Positions 53,301 through 64,000 of a stretch of DNA of 64,000 nucleotides are shown here, one piece after another. This DNA comes from Paraspadella gotoi (taxonomy: Eukaryota; Animalia; Chaetognatha). The position numbers were made by a program, and so were the translations under genes. The stretch is taken from the NCBI GenBank assembly GCA_051294375.1, contig CM119265.1, positions 27,668,989 through 27,732,988 of the forward strand. Reading direction: 5' to 3'. The notes beneath the pieces were generated by a model, which had not been told where the DNA came from, did no database searches, and saw nothing but the letters and a program-made list of their open reading frames with translations. How positions within the stretch are numbered: position 1 is the first letter of the stretch; every line of letters begins with the position of its first letter.

Positions 53301-56300
53301 CTTGGTTAACCCGGACGCGGAACTATCCAACGTCTTCAGGCCAACGAGAAGGGAAACAAGCTCAACATTACAACACCTCCGAGGTAAGATTGGGAAGAAT
53401 TGGGGGATCTTAAGCGTTATTTTTCCCAATCCGGCTGACACCTTCTCCCTTTCTTCGGACCCCATCAACCGAATGCGACGAGCCTAAGGGCACGCGATGA
53501 GCGACCCGGACCCCCGCGCCACGCCTCCGTTCAGCCACAAGAAACGTCCGACGGGCAGCTCGACCCACCAGCGGGCCCCTTCAAAGTCGCATGCGGCTTT
53601 GGACGCGGCGCCAAGATCCGATCCACGTCGCCAAACGTAGCCGAAAGCGGCCCCAGCGTTTAACTTCGCCGCTGGCATCAAACGCCGCCGAATTTCTCAC
53701 GACGCGCGGGCGAGATGGCATCCTGGGCGGCGCCACGCCACCGGCGATCAGCAAGAAGAGATCGACGAGCATCGCGCGCGGCGCTGGCGACGGCGACGCG
53801 AGCCGCTTCGGAAGCGGGCGGGCAAACGAAACAAGAAGCCAGATCTCTACCAAGTTTTCGACAGCTCCAACATCGACGTATTGGATCCAAACGAATCGAG
53901 GCTGCTGTACGTGCGAGCCAATATTCTCGTCAGCAAAACTAAAATTCTCCCACCCTCTCGAATCAAAAAATCGATATAGTTCAACTTCGACCTAACATAG
54001 ACGAAGTTCCTCTACGGCGAGGCGACGGAGGGAGGCGTGGCAGCACTTCCTGACTTAACCTGAGGAAAAGAGTACGGCTTCACACGCGGCGCCAGCAGGC
54101 CGCCGTCATTTTAGATCCTCTCGACATCGGACCTGCGGGCTAAGGACCGTCGAAAAAGCTAGCGATGTTAAGGCAAAAGATTAAAACGCTCACACTCGAC
54201 GACGAGTTTGCAGAGAGAAAATCCTTCGGGATATGCCAACCGAAGTACGTCGATTACTGGAGGACAAAGGCGGACGACTTATCCGCGACCGACCTCTGCG
54301 CGCTCGCCGACCGTCATTTCGACAAAGGAGGGCAACATTCGAATCCGCCAAACGACAATCGATGATCACAACGTCGCAACGCAGCGACCAACAAGAAGTC
54401 GAGCAGCAGACGAAGACGACGCCGTCAACGCGATTGGCACCGCCCTACACGAAGCGATCAAACATGAAGAAGAAAACGAATCAACGCAGCGAAGGGGGCC
54501 CCAAGGGGAAAAAGCCAAAAAAAAGCCCCCAAAAAATTGACCACCCTCGTGCCAGAAAACACATCAATTCGGAGACGAGGCGTGGTCATGTGAAACCTGG
54601 CTGCGCCCGATACGACGACGCCGCTTGCAAAAAGCGCCGCGAAGGGAAACGGAAGGGGGACGCCCGACGGTGAACGCCGTCCGCCACGCCAATCAACGAC
54701 GTCACCCGACGCTCAACAACCTTCTCTACATCAGAGACTCCCAGCAGCAGAGTCAAATGGTTGGTGACGGCGGCGCCCTTTTGTCGATAGTGCGCACCGA
54801 CGCTGGACCAGCGGAGGCGCGGCCCAGAGCCGCACCTAAAAACTGCACAGCGGCTTAACGGATCCCATAGATGCTACGGGGACTGTCGACAAAGTAGTTC
54901 AGCTAGGAGACCGGAAAAATTCGAATAACCAATTCGTGGTCGCAGACGTGAAGCTAGCACATCTTACTGGAGCTGATTTCCTGGCGGAAAAACTTTCTAA
55001 GCGGCCGAACCACCACCGCGACGGCCACTGCTGGACTTACGCGATTCACTCAACGATCGCGGCGTCGATCGGCAACGTGAGACCAACAACTCACATCAGC
55101 TTCGTAGACGGCGACAAGGAGAAAATTTTTATAAGCTCCTCGAATCATTCCTTCTCTTTCACACCCACTTCGAACTTAAGGACGCCAAAACACGGGGTGA
55201 CACATTCCATCCCAAAGAAGGGGCAATGTCAGGCAAAGAGCTCGACGACTAGAATCCCTGAGATAAACTTGCCGTCGCTAAAGCGCGACTGGAAGCGAAT
55301 GGTGTCTACTGGGAATAGCGAAAAGAGGAAAAAGCGAATGGTCATCGCCGCTCCACGTCGTCGCCAAGGCCGACGGGGGTTGGGCCGATGCTGTGGAGAC
55401 TACCGTGCGCCTTAACTCACAAACAATCGACGACCGATAGTCCGGTGAAAGACTCCTGACGGATTTCAACCTTCCCAACTTCGAGGGAAGACAATATTCT
55501 CGAAAATAGACCTTTTTAAAAGGTTACACCATCCCCGTTCAACCGCGGACGACGTCAAAAGAAACGGCGGTAATTAACGCCGTTCGCCTATACTATTTCC
55601 GAGATGTCCATTTGGCCCTCAAAATGCAAGGCGCAAGACTTTCATAGAGATTGATTGACGAAATACTTTGGCGATATAACGCAGCACATTCGTATATCTA
55701 GACGATATACTAGGTAGCGTCAACGTCACCGGAAGAGGCATTACGAAGATTTGAATCGCGTTTTTCAAGGCTCTGGATGCGCAACGGCCCGTCGGTCGGT
55801 TAACGACGAAGAAGTGCCAACTGGCCGCGACTCCCTGGAATTCTTGGATTCCTAGTTGAAAAAAAAAAAAAAAAAAAAACCGGCGTCAGACCCTTACCAG
55901 ACGAGTACAAACGCTACGCGACACAACAAAGACCGACGACCATGCAAAGAACTACAAAGGGTTCTTAGGGATGATCAACTATTACCGGTAGATTTTTATC
56001 CTAAGGTTCCCGCGCACCGTTGTGCGCCTCTACGAGGCCCCTCTTCAGCGGAAAACCCGAAGACGTTGGACAAATGGACAAACGATGCGAATCGGTTCAA
56101 CGCCATCAAAGACCGGATTGATCCGCAGGCGGCACTGCTTCATCACCCGCGGACTGGCGCCCAATTATGTATCACAACGGACCGCGCTCAGACAACGCCG
56201 TGGGCGCCGTGTGGAGCAGCGAGGGGCCGAAGGGATGGGAGCCTGCTCGCCTTCTTATTTCGGCAAAGCTAGCAAAAAATCAGAAAAACTGTGGGCCTCC

Positions 56301-58827
56301 TTTTGATAAGGAACTTTTCGGCGCTTTCAAAGTCCGTAACGCATTTCCGCCCAAATTGGGTGGAAGGTAGAGCGTTCAACGCTTTACACCCGACCATCAA
56401 AGTCTCGTCACAAGGCGATCAGAAAAAAGAATCGAAAACCTCAGACGATACGACAAGTCGTATCAACTATCCGTGAATCGCGGAATTTACAGACCGAGCG
56501 TTCGATACTTGAGGGCAAGGCGAACGTAGTCGCCGACGCCTCTCGCGGCCAAACGCCCCGTGCAATAACGCCACCAGGCATCTGCAATCGCGCGGTTGAC
56601 CGAAATCAACCAAGACGACAACGGGCGATAACAGCGTCTGTAGCGACAACTGAGAACACGCAATGACGTCGGCGTCAACAACAGAGATGACAGCGCCCGG
56701 CGGCGGGCGGCACCGGCGACCAGCAGCAGCCTTTGCGACAAAAACGAGAAGGAGAGAGACCGATTGGAAGACGCTCGAGCGCTAATCTCATCATTAACAA
56801 GCTTCGAGGTCGATTTCGCGAGAAAATGGCACAGGACAAGTCCTCGACCCGACCTAAGTACAAAAAGATCGCGGAGGACGCCAGGTCCGGCTTTGAAATT
56901 TCCGTAAAAATCCAAGTCGGAGATAACGACTCCTGGTCGACATCTCCAAATGGCCCTGCGCGACACCTTCGTTTCCCGTCTCATGGCGCCGGATAGATTT
57001 TCGACGTCGTCCATGGCCTCGGCCACCCAGGCATCGACGCGCACGCGCAAGGCAGTGAGCGCTAAATTCGTATGGACAAATATGAGGCAGGACGTCACCG
57101 CGCTGGGCGCGCGAATGTCTCGCCTGTCAACGCGCCAAGAATAACGAGGCACTACGATCCCGGAAAATAGGGGAATTTAAAAATCCCCTCGCACGTCGCT
57201 TTCAGCACGTGAATCTAACCTCGTCAAGAATGCCACGATCAAACCGGTTTCACAAATCTGGTTGACCATCGTCGACAGGTTTTCCTGCGATGGCCAAGCA
57301 GCAATTCCAATTCGCGACACACTGACGCCAACTATCCTCCGATGGCGTAAGTCACGATGGATCAGTGTAATTTGGAAACGCCATCCATCATAATACCGGA
57401 CATGAGAGGCGCGCAATTCACCTCGACACTCTGGGAACCAATGAACCAAGCAATGGGGAATCAACACCAGATGACTAACAGCTTATAATCTCGCGCAGGC
57501 GAACGGCCTAGTGGAGAGAATTCCAACCCGTCCGCCTGAAGGAATCCCCTTCTGGCTCTGGGCAATGTCCGAGCAAGGAAAATTGGTATTGGAAGCTTCC
57601 CATGAAACTCTCTTAGGCGATACGCATCGACCATTAAGAGGACATTGGAGCATCCGCAGCCGACCTCGTTTTCGGTGAAAGGGATTAGCGTCCCCGGATG
57701 CATTCTCGACGGCGTGCAGAAACGAACGATCAGCACTGCAGCAGCAACCTGCCGAGCACAATTATCGCAAGCGTCGGCCTCGAAGTAAGCAAGACTCCAA
57801 CCCACACCTACTTCAGCACACCAACAACCCAATGATCCACATCGCCCAAGCGATCTAGAGACCGCGCGCTACGTTTTCGTCAAAGCGGAGGAGTGCAGCC
57901 CGCCTCTCGTGGCCCCGTACGAGGGCCCTTACCGTGTGAATCAATCGCCAGCGGATTGACATGAACTGTAGAAATCCAAGGCAGCGGACCTAAGACGTGA
58001 ACATCGCTCGACTCAAGCCAGCACGGATAAAAGCGAGGAAACCTTGGAATGCAGAAGACAACTCCAGGCAACGCAGCGACGCCCCAATCCACAGATCGTC
58101 GGACCAGTGTCCTCGAAACCGCACGGCAGCTCCAGACAACTAAGGCGAGGAAGGCGAGCGCACAACCAGAAAGTCTTTCGCACCAATTCGCCGAATTCCG
58201 CAAAATTCGCGTCGATCCTCCTCCTCTTTCTCCTCCTCCTCCCTCCCCCTCTCCTCCCTCCCCCAGCCTCACCCGCCAACGTCCCCAGGTACCGGGCCGA
58301 CCACCCCCCTCATCATCCTAACGGCTCCGTCCATTTTTGCTCCCGTCTTCACCCGTTCCACGCCTCCACGGCTCACGCATTCAGAAATCAAGAAAATGAC
58401 AACAACAACAAACCTCGGAGAAGAAATAAATGAGCCAACGACTAGAAACCATCCGAAGCCGACATCGGAGAGCGTTTGGAGCAAAAAGACTCCGTCCCGT
58501 CACGGAGAACCGACCAAGCCTTACGCAGTAAGTCCTGAAAGAAATGCTACAACTCCGACAACAAGAACGAAATAATACAACAAAAACAACGACTATGACG
58601 AATAATCATTCGTTTAGCAATACTTGTTTATTTTTCAATTTTAAAAACTTTTTTCTTTTTTTGTTTCTGTTTACCATGTTTAAAGATTTCTCAACAATTT
58701 CAGTACATCGATCCGAAGTCTATGTCAAGTTGTTTCGTATATATCCTATATACCATCTTTATATTGACTTATTAACGATATTATTATTGTTGATATATGA
58801 ACGATCTCATATATCAACAGGGGGGCA

Positions 58828-59304
58828 TGCGCATAATCAAATGACCCACTTTAATTCTGTGTTGAGACACGAAGTAGTGAAAAAGGACAAATCAAAGAAA
58901 TCCTTTGTAAAAGCGGTCCCACGCAGATGACGTCACCGTCCTGTTTTCTTTTGTTTCTGGACCGTTTTCCCTTTGAAGTAATTGTAAACTGAAAAGTCCA
59001 GTCTTGATTGAAACCTCTGATTTCAACCTTGTTTTTATTCTCGTGATTTCAACGCACAATAAAACTTATGCATTATCAAACTTTGCTTCTATTTACTTCA
59101 AATTCTCTACAGATGTTAAAGAATACATTTTATTAAGAAGAGAAGAAAGTGAAACAAGTTTTATCTTTGTGAAATAAATTCAAAAACGAAATAAACTTAC
59201 TTCAAAAGTCACGTGACCTGTCTTTTCCCTGCATTAATGCTCCGCTCGCTACGTCTATTGCCACGCTCAGTCACTCACTTAGTGACCGGTCACGCCGTGC
59301 CACA
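58828..59304 (+). repeat. 3' LTR
   Basis: TGCGCA...TGCCACA preceded by a polypurine tract. Confidence 0.9.
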
Positions 59305-59821
59305 TATATATATTATGATATATATATATATTATATATATATCTTTCTTTCTCTCTTATTTTTTTGTCTTTCTCATGCACTCTTTCTTTCTTTCAAAACC
59401 AACGAATATGAATCGATTTGAGGGAAGATATAAGGATAGAAGGATAGAAGGATAGAAGGATAGAAGATAAAATATAGGAGTTTAACATTCACAAGAACGA
59501 CAACAATGATTAATTTTTCCCTTGAAATTGTCAGTTTTTATTGATAATAATGTGACAGCTAATCAAGATTCCTAGATTAAAACGTAATAACAATAAAAAT
59601 ATATTTTTATTTCATTACGATTCTGCTTTTTTATTTACAACAAATTTATCTTTTAAATAGTATTTCGCAGTATACATTGACAGAAATGATACATGAATTA
59701 TTTTTTCTTTTTTTCTTTTCTTCTATAAATTAGTTATCATCATCATGATCATCATAGTCTTATCCTTTATTCTCTTTCTTTTCTCTTTACATTTCTTGAT
59801 CAGTACTCCAATTTATCATCC

Positions 59822-59943
<122 letters not shown>

Positions 59944-60465
59944 CCTTACTTCAATTTCCCATTGTTATATTCATCCCATGGGCTGTAATAATGGGCCACA
60001 TTTTCTTGAGGAAACAAAGGCGGGGAAAAAATATTTCATACGGCTCCATCTCTCCGTCTCGTGGTCTGTCTGTCTGTCTCGCTCTCTATCGTTCTTCCGC
60101 CTTTAAACTTCTTAGTTTCTTTAGTCGAAAAAATAATTAACTCCCCTCGGTACGATTTCGTCTTCGCGTTGGAAAAAAAGTGAACGAGTGAAATCGTGAG
60201 ACGCGAATTGTGAAAGAATTCGGTTGTGAAAGGAGAAGGTTATGGACAAAGAAGAATAAAGATATTAAGAATATCGAAGTTGTAGTTTAGCAGCAATATT
60301 TATTTATATAAATTGCGGTACTAAGTTAGTTATAAGAGTAAAGAGTTAAAAAACCAGTTTATTGAATGAATAAATTAAATTTATCATTGGTTGTACAATA
60401 TTTATAAGAGGTTACTTGGAATATTTTTTATCCGAAGTTTGTTTTTGATGAAGTTGTTATCATCA

Positions 60466-60507
<42 letters not shown>

Positions 60508-61287
60508 TCATCATTCTCTTTGACACCAAAAATCATTCAGTTCCTTTGATAATCTCCAACCTTTCACTCTCCCTCTCTTCTCTTTCTCTCCTCCTCTTTT
60601 TTCTCCTTCTCTTTTCCCCCTCCCTTCTCCCTCTCTCCTCATCAGCCCTCCCCTCCACGCTAATGCTCCTCACCTCTATTCTCGCCTCCCCCTCCCTCCT
60701 CCTTCTCCTCTCTCTCTCTCTCCTCCCCCTACCATCTTCTCCTCTCTCCCTCTCTCTCTACTCCTCTCCCTCTCTCCTCCTCCCATCCACCTATTCTCCC
60801 TCTCTCCTCTTCCTCTCCTCCTCCCTCTCTTCCTCCTCCCCTTCCACCTCTAGTCCTCTCTCCTCTTCCTCTCCTTCTCCCTCTCTTTTTCCTCCGCCTC
60901 CACCCTCTGGTCCTCCTCGCTCTTCGTCTCCTCTCCTCTCTATTTTCCTCCTCCCCTCCACCCTCTTCTCCTCTTCCTCTCCTCCTTCCTCTTTTCCTCC
61001 CTCCCCTTCACCCTCCTCTCCTCTTCCTCTCCTCCTTTTTTTAGTTTCGCCCACGCAAAGTATCGATGACTTCGTTTCGCACCATGGCACGCAGCCACAG
61101 CACCGAGCACGCAGCAAACGGCACGCAGCCACAGCAGCGAGCACGCAGCAAACGGCACGAAGAAGGTCGCAGTGAGTGAATGAGACATGAACAAAAATTC
61201 ACAATCTATTGCTAACTCATGATTCGTCATAATGGAAGCGACAGGACCCTAACAACTGAAGAAGAATTTAAACTTTTAAAGATTCTC

Positions 61288-61418
<131 letters not shown>

Positions 61419-61571
61419 CGCTCACTCCCTCTCTGTCGTTTTACTTTGACAAATGATTTCTTTTCAATTTCATTGACTAATGGGAAAATATCTTGGACGG
61501 AATGCTCCTGGCGTTTGTCGTCGTCGTCGTAATTATCGTCGTTGTCGTTGTCGTCGTCGTCGTTATCCTCA

Positions 61572-61757
61572 TCTCGGTGTCTCATTGAGTAATTCCATCG
61601 GCTCATGACCATTAGGTACCAGGATCGATTCCAAGTGGAATCTAACCTGAGGGAAGCGTAAGGAAGACCCTAAAGCGCCTCGGGGACGACTGGGGACGCG
61701 GATTCCCCTCAAGCTTGGCTCCAAACCCTGGACCCGTTCTATTGCTGCGAGAGGTTC
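61572..61757 (+). mobile_element. Repeat family B, diverged copy 3
   Basis: CTCATTGAGTAATTCCATCGGCTCATGACCATTAGGTACC...CCCTCAAGCTTGGCTCCAAACCCTGGACCCGTTC. Confidence 0.65.
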
Positions 61758-61803
61758 TTGAGGAAGTCCAGTAGACTTAGCGTCTTATCAACATCATTGC
61801 CTT

Positions 61804-61874
<71 letters not shown>

Positions 61875-62094
61875 GACTGCTCTCACGACAAATCACCACC
61901 GACAGAAAAGGTTCAACTCAACTCAAACTCAACCTCATTCCAAATTCGTTTCTCTCATTCATATTCATAAAATTCCAACGACGGAACCCGCGTCTCTCTT
62001 CCGCCTTCACTCTTATTCATGTTTATAAAAATCTCAGCTTTTTTCCTTCTTTCACAATCGTGTGTGGATGCGAAATTACTACAACTCTGAATTG

Positions 62095-62250
62095 ATTCAT
62101 CAATTCATTACTTCATTCGTTCATCAATTCATTACTTCATTCATTCATCAATTCATTACTTCATTCGTTCATCCATTCATTACTTCATTCATTCATCAAT
62201 TCATTTCTTCATTCATTCATCAATTCATTACTTCATTCTTTCATTCATTC
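62095..62250. repeat. 24-bp tandem repeat (about 6 copies)
   Basis: Unit TTCATCAATTCATTACTTCATTCA. Confidence 0.85.
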
Positions 62251-62838
62251 TTTTATTCATTTCTTACATTCATTCGTTCGTTCGTTAGTTCAATATACAC
62301 GGGGCTAACCTTAAACTACTCTCTCTTATTCATTTACAGATTTGCTGATTCATGCCAGCCTGCAGTCCTCCCCCCTCCTCTTCTCTCTCTCTCTCTCCTC
62401 TCATCTCTCTCTCTCCATCTCTCTCTCTTCTCTCTCGTATCTCTCTCTCATCTCGNNNNNNNNNNNNNNNNNNNNNNNNNNNNNNNNNNNNNNNNNNNNN
62501 NNNNNNNNNNNNNNNNNNNNNNNNNNNNNNNNNNNNNNNNNNNNNNNNNNNNNNNNNNNNNNNNNNNNNNNNNNNNNNNNNNNNNNNNNNNNNNNNNNNN
62601 NNNNNNNNNNNNNNNNNNNNNNNNNNNNNNNNNNNNNNNNNNNNNNNNNNNNNNNNNNNNNNNNNNNNNNNNNNNNNNNNNNNNNNNNNNNNNNNNNNNN
62701 NNNNNNNNNNNNNNNNNNNNNNNNNNNNNNNNNNNNNNNNNNNNNNNNNNNNNNNNNNNNNNNNNNNNNNNNNNNNNNNNNNNNNNNNNNNNNNNNNNNN
62801 NNNNNNNNNNNNNNNNNNNNNNNNNNNNNNNNNNNNNN

Positions 62839-63149
62839 CCGAGAATTCTCGACTCTTCGTTCAGAGCTCCGCCGGACGAAGAGGCGTTGCCGGAAACTGC
62901 ATGACCGGAAGTCGCCGTCGACGTTACTATGGCGACCACCTCTTCTCCGCCGCTGCCGCCGCTGCCGCCACCGCTGCCGCTGAATCCGTTCTGCTGTCCC
63001 AGTTTGTTGTTGTTGTGATGAAGGGCACCGGCAGCCCCGAGGCCGCGGAGGTGTGCCGTCGTGGCCGCGATCCCGTTGGGCTTGGATGGAGCGGCGTCTT
63101 GTTGTTGTTGTTGATTGACGGGTTTATTGGTCGAGTAGACGTCGGTATC
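62839..63149 (-). CDS. Coding exon of an unidentified gene, low-complexity (Q/N/G/S-rich), truncated by an N gap
   Basis: Acceptor CCCCCCCAG|GAT; open frame DTDVYSTNKPVNQQQQQDAAPSKPNG...GSGGGSGGSGGEEVVAIV...NEESRIL with C-ending codons like the other genes here. Confidence 0.6.
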
Positions 63150-63437
63150 CTGGGGGGGGGGAGAAAAGTAAATGGAGAAAAGTAAATGGAGAAAAGTAAA
63201 TCTTAGAAAAAAAGTCGTTTATGAATATTAAAATCTATTTTATCTATTTCTGCCTTAATTCTTAGTTTAAATAAAGAATAACGACAACGGATAATATAAT
63301 ATTCTCGAAAAAAAAATAAACTGAAAAAATAAATAACTAAAAAAGTAGCTTTTGTTTTGTCGGTAAAAGCTTTGTTTTTATTTAGAATGTGTTTATCTTT
63401 GCATAAGAAGAGATTTATCCAAGTTAATGTGGTTTCA

Positions 63438-63586
<149 letters not shown>

Positions 63587-63962
63587 CATCATTGTTTCAC
63601 CCACCATGATTCCAGGCTTCAATATGGATTCCTTTCTTCATTCGATTATTTTCTCGTTTCTGAATTTTTAATCTCAATTTTTTTATCTCTCATTTTATAT
63701 TCTGGTTTTTTTTCCATTTATTTCGTTGGTTTTTTATTTAGTTTTTGATTTAATCGTGTTTGAAAAAGTTTTTTTTGGTAATTTTAGAATGAGTTTTAGT
63801 TTTTAACTAAAAATATTTTAACAAATTTGATGTAACTTGGGAATTGTACCAAAAAAATATTATTTAAAGGAAGAGAGAGAGAAAAATAAAGAAAGAGTGC
63901 ATGAGAAAGACAAAAAAAAGAGAGAGAAAAATAAAAAAAATATGAGAGAAAGAAAGAAATAA

Positions 63963-63995
<33 letters not shown>

Positions 63996-64000
63996 GAGAG

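Larger units (their letters stand above)
52814..59304 (+). mobile_element. Full-length Ty3/gypsy LTR retrotransposon (gag-PR-RT-RNase H-integrase), frameshifted throughout in this sequence
   Basis: Direct LTRs 52814-53300 and 58828-59304 with TG...CA ends; PBS-like TGG just after the 5' LTR; PPT-like AGGGGGG before the 3' LTR; RT FVYLDDI (~55689-55710); RNase H SDNAVGAV and FDKELFGA (~56180-56325); integrase HGLGHPG (~57010), LTIVDRFS (~57262), ANGLVER (~57500) and GPYEGPY (~57910); flanked by (TA)n. Confidence 0.93.

Noticed and set aside
61740-61885. Minus-strand poly-Ala/poly-Thr frame ending KTLSLLDFLKNLSQQ*
   Set aside because: In-frame stop just upstream, no convincing acceptor, and its end overlaps repeat family B

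Overview
AT-rich, microsatellite-rich eukaryotic (most likely invertebrate animal) genomic DNA with spliceosomal introns, three N gaps (7947-7971, 43952-44219, 62456-62838) and some indel-rich, apparently unpolished segments. Genes reconstructed by hand-splicing: (1) the 3' part of a type I membrane protein with an F-type lectin domain, mucin stalk and TM helix (+, 1429-13248, partly duplicated around a gap); (2) an atypical dual-specificity phosphatase-like gene whose catalytic HC is replaced by FS (+, 23307-26233, probably using a GC-AG intron); (3) a PPEF/rdgC Ser/Thr phosphatase with EF-hands (-, 26998-39293); (4) the last exons of an EF-hand-like gene (-, 43159-44363); (5) an isolated exon (-, 62839-63149). 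Mobile DNA includes a full-length Ty3/gypsy LTR element (52814-59304), a Tc1 transposase remnant, a 3.2-kb TA-flanked TIR element, foldback and Helentron-like elements, two tRNA-containing repeat families and Penelope-type minimal hammerhead motifs. The most striking unexplained pattern is that exon 3' ends, usually with their 5' splice site, are repeatedly copied into the following intron (45-, 26- and 38-bp arrays plus two single copies within about 12 kb). All coordinates and translations were read by eye.
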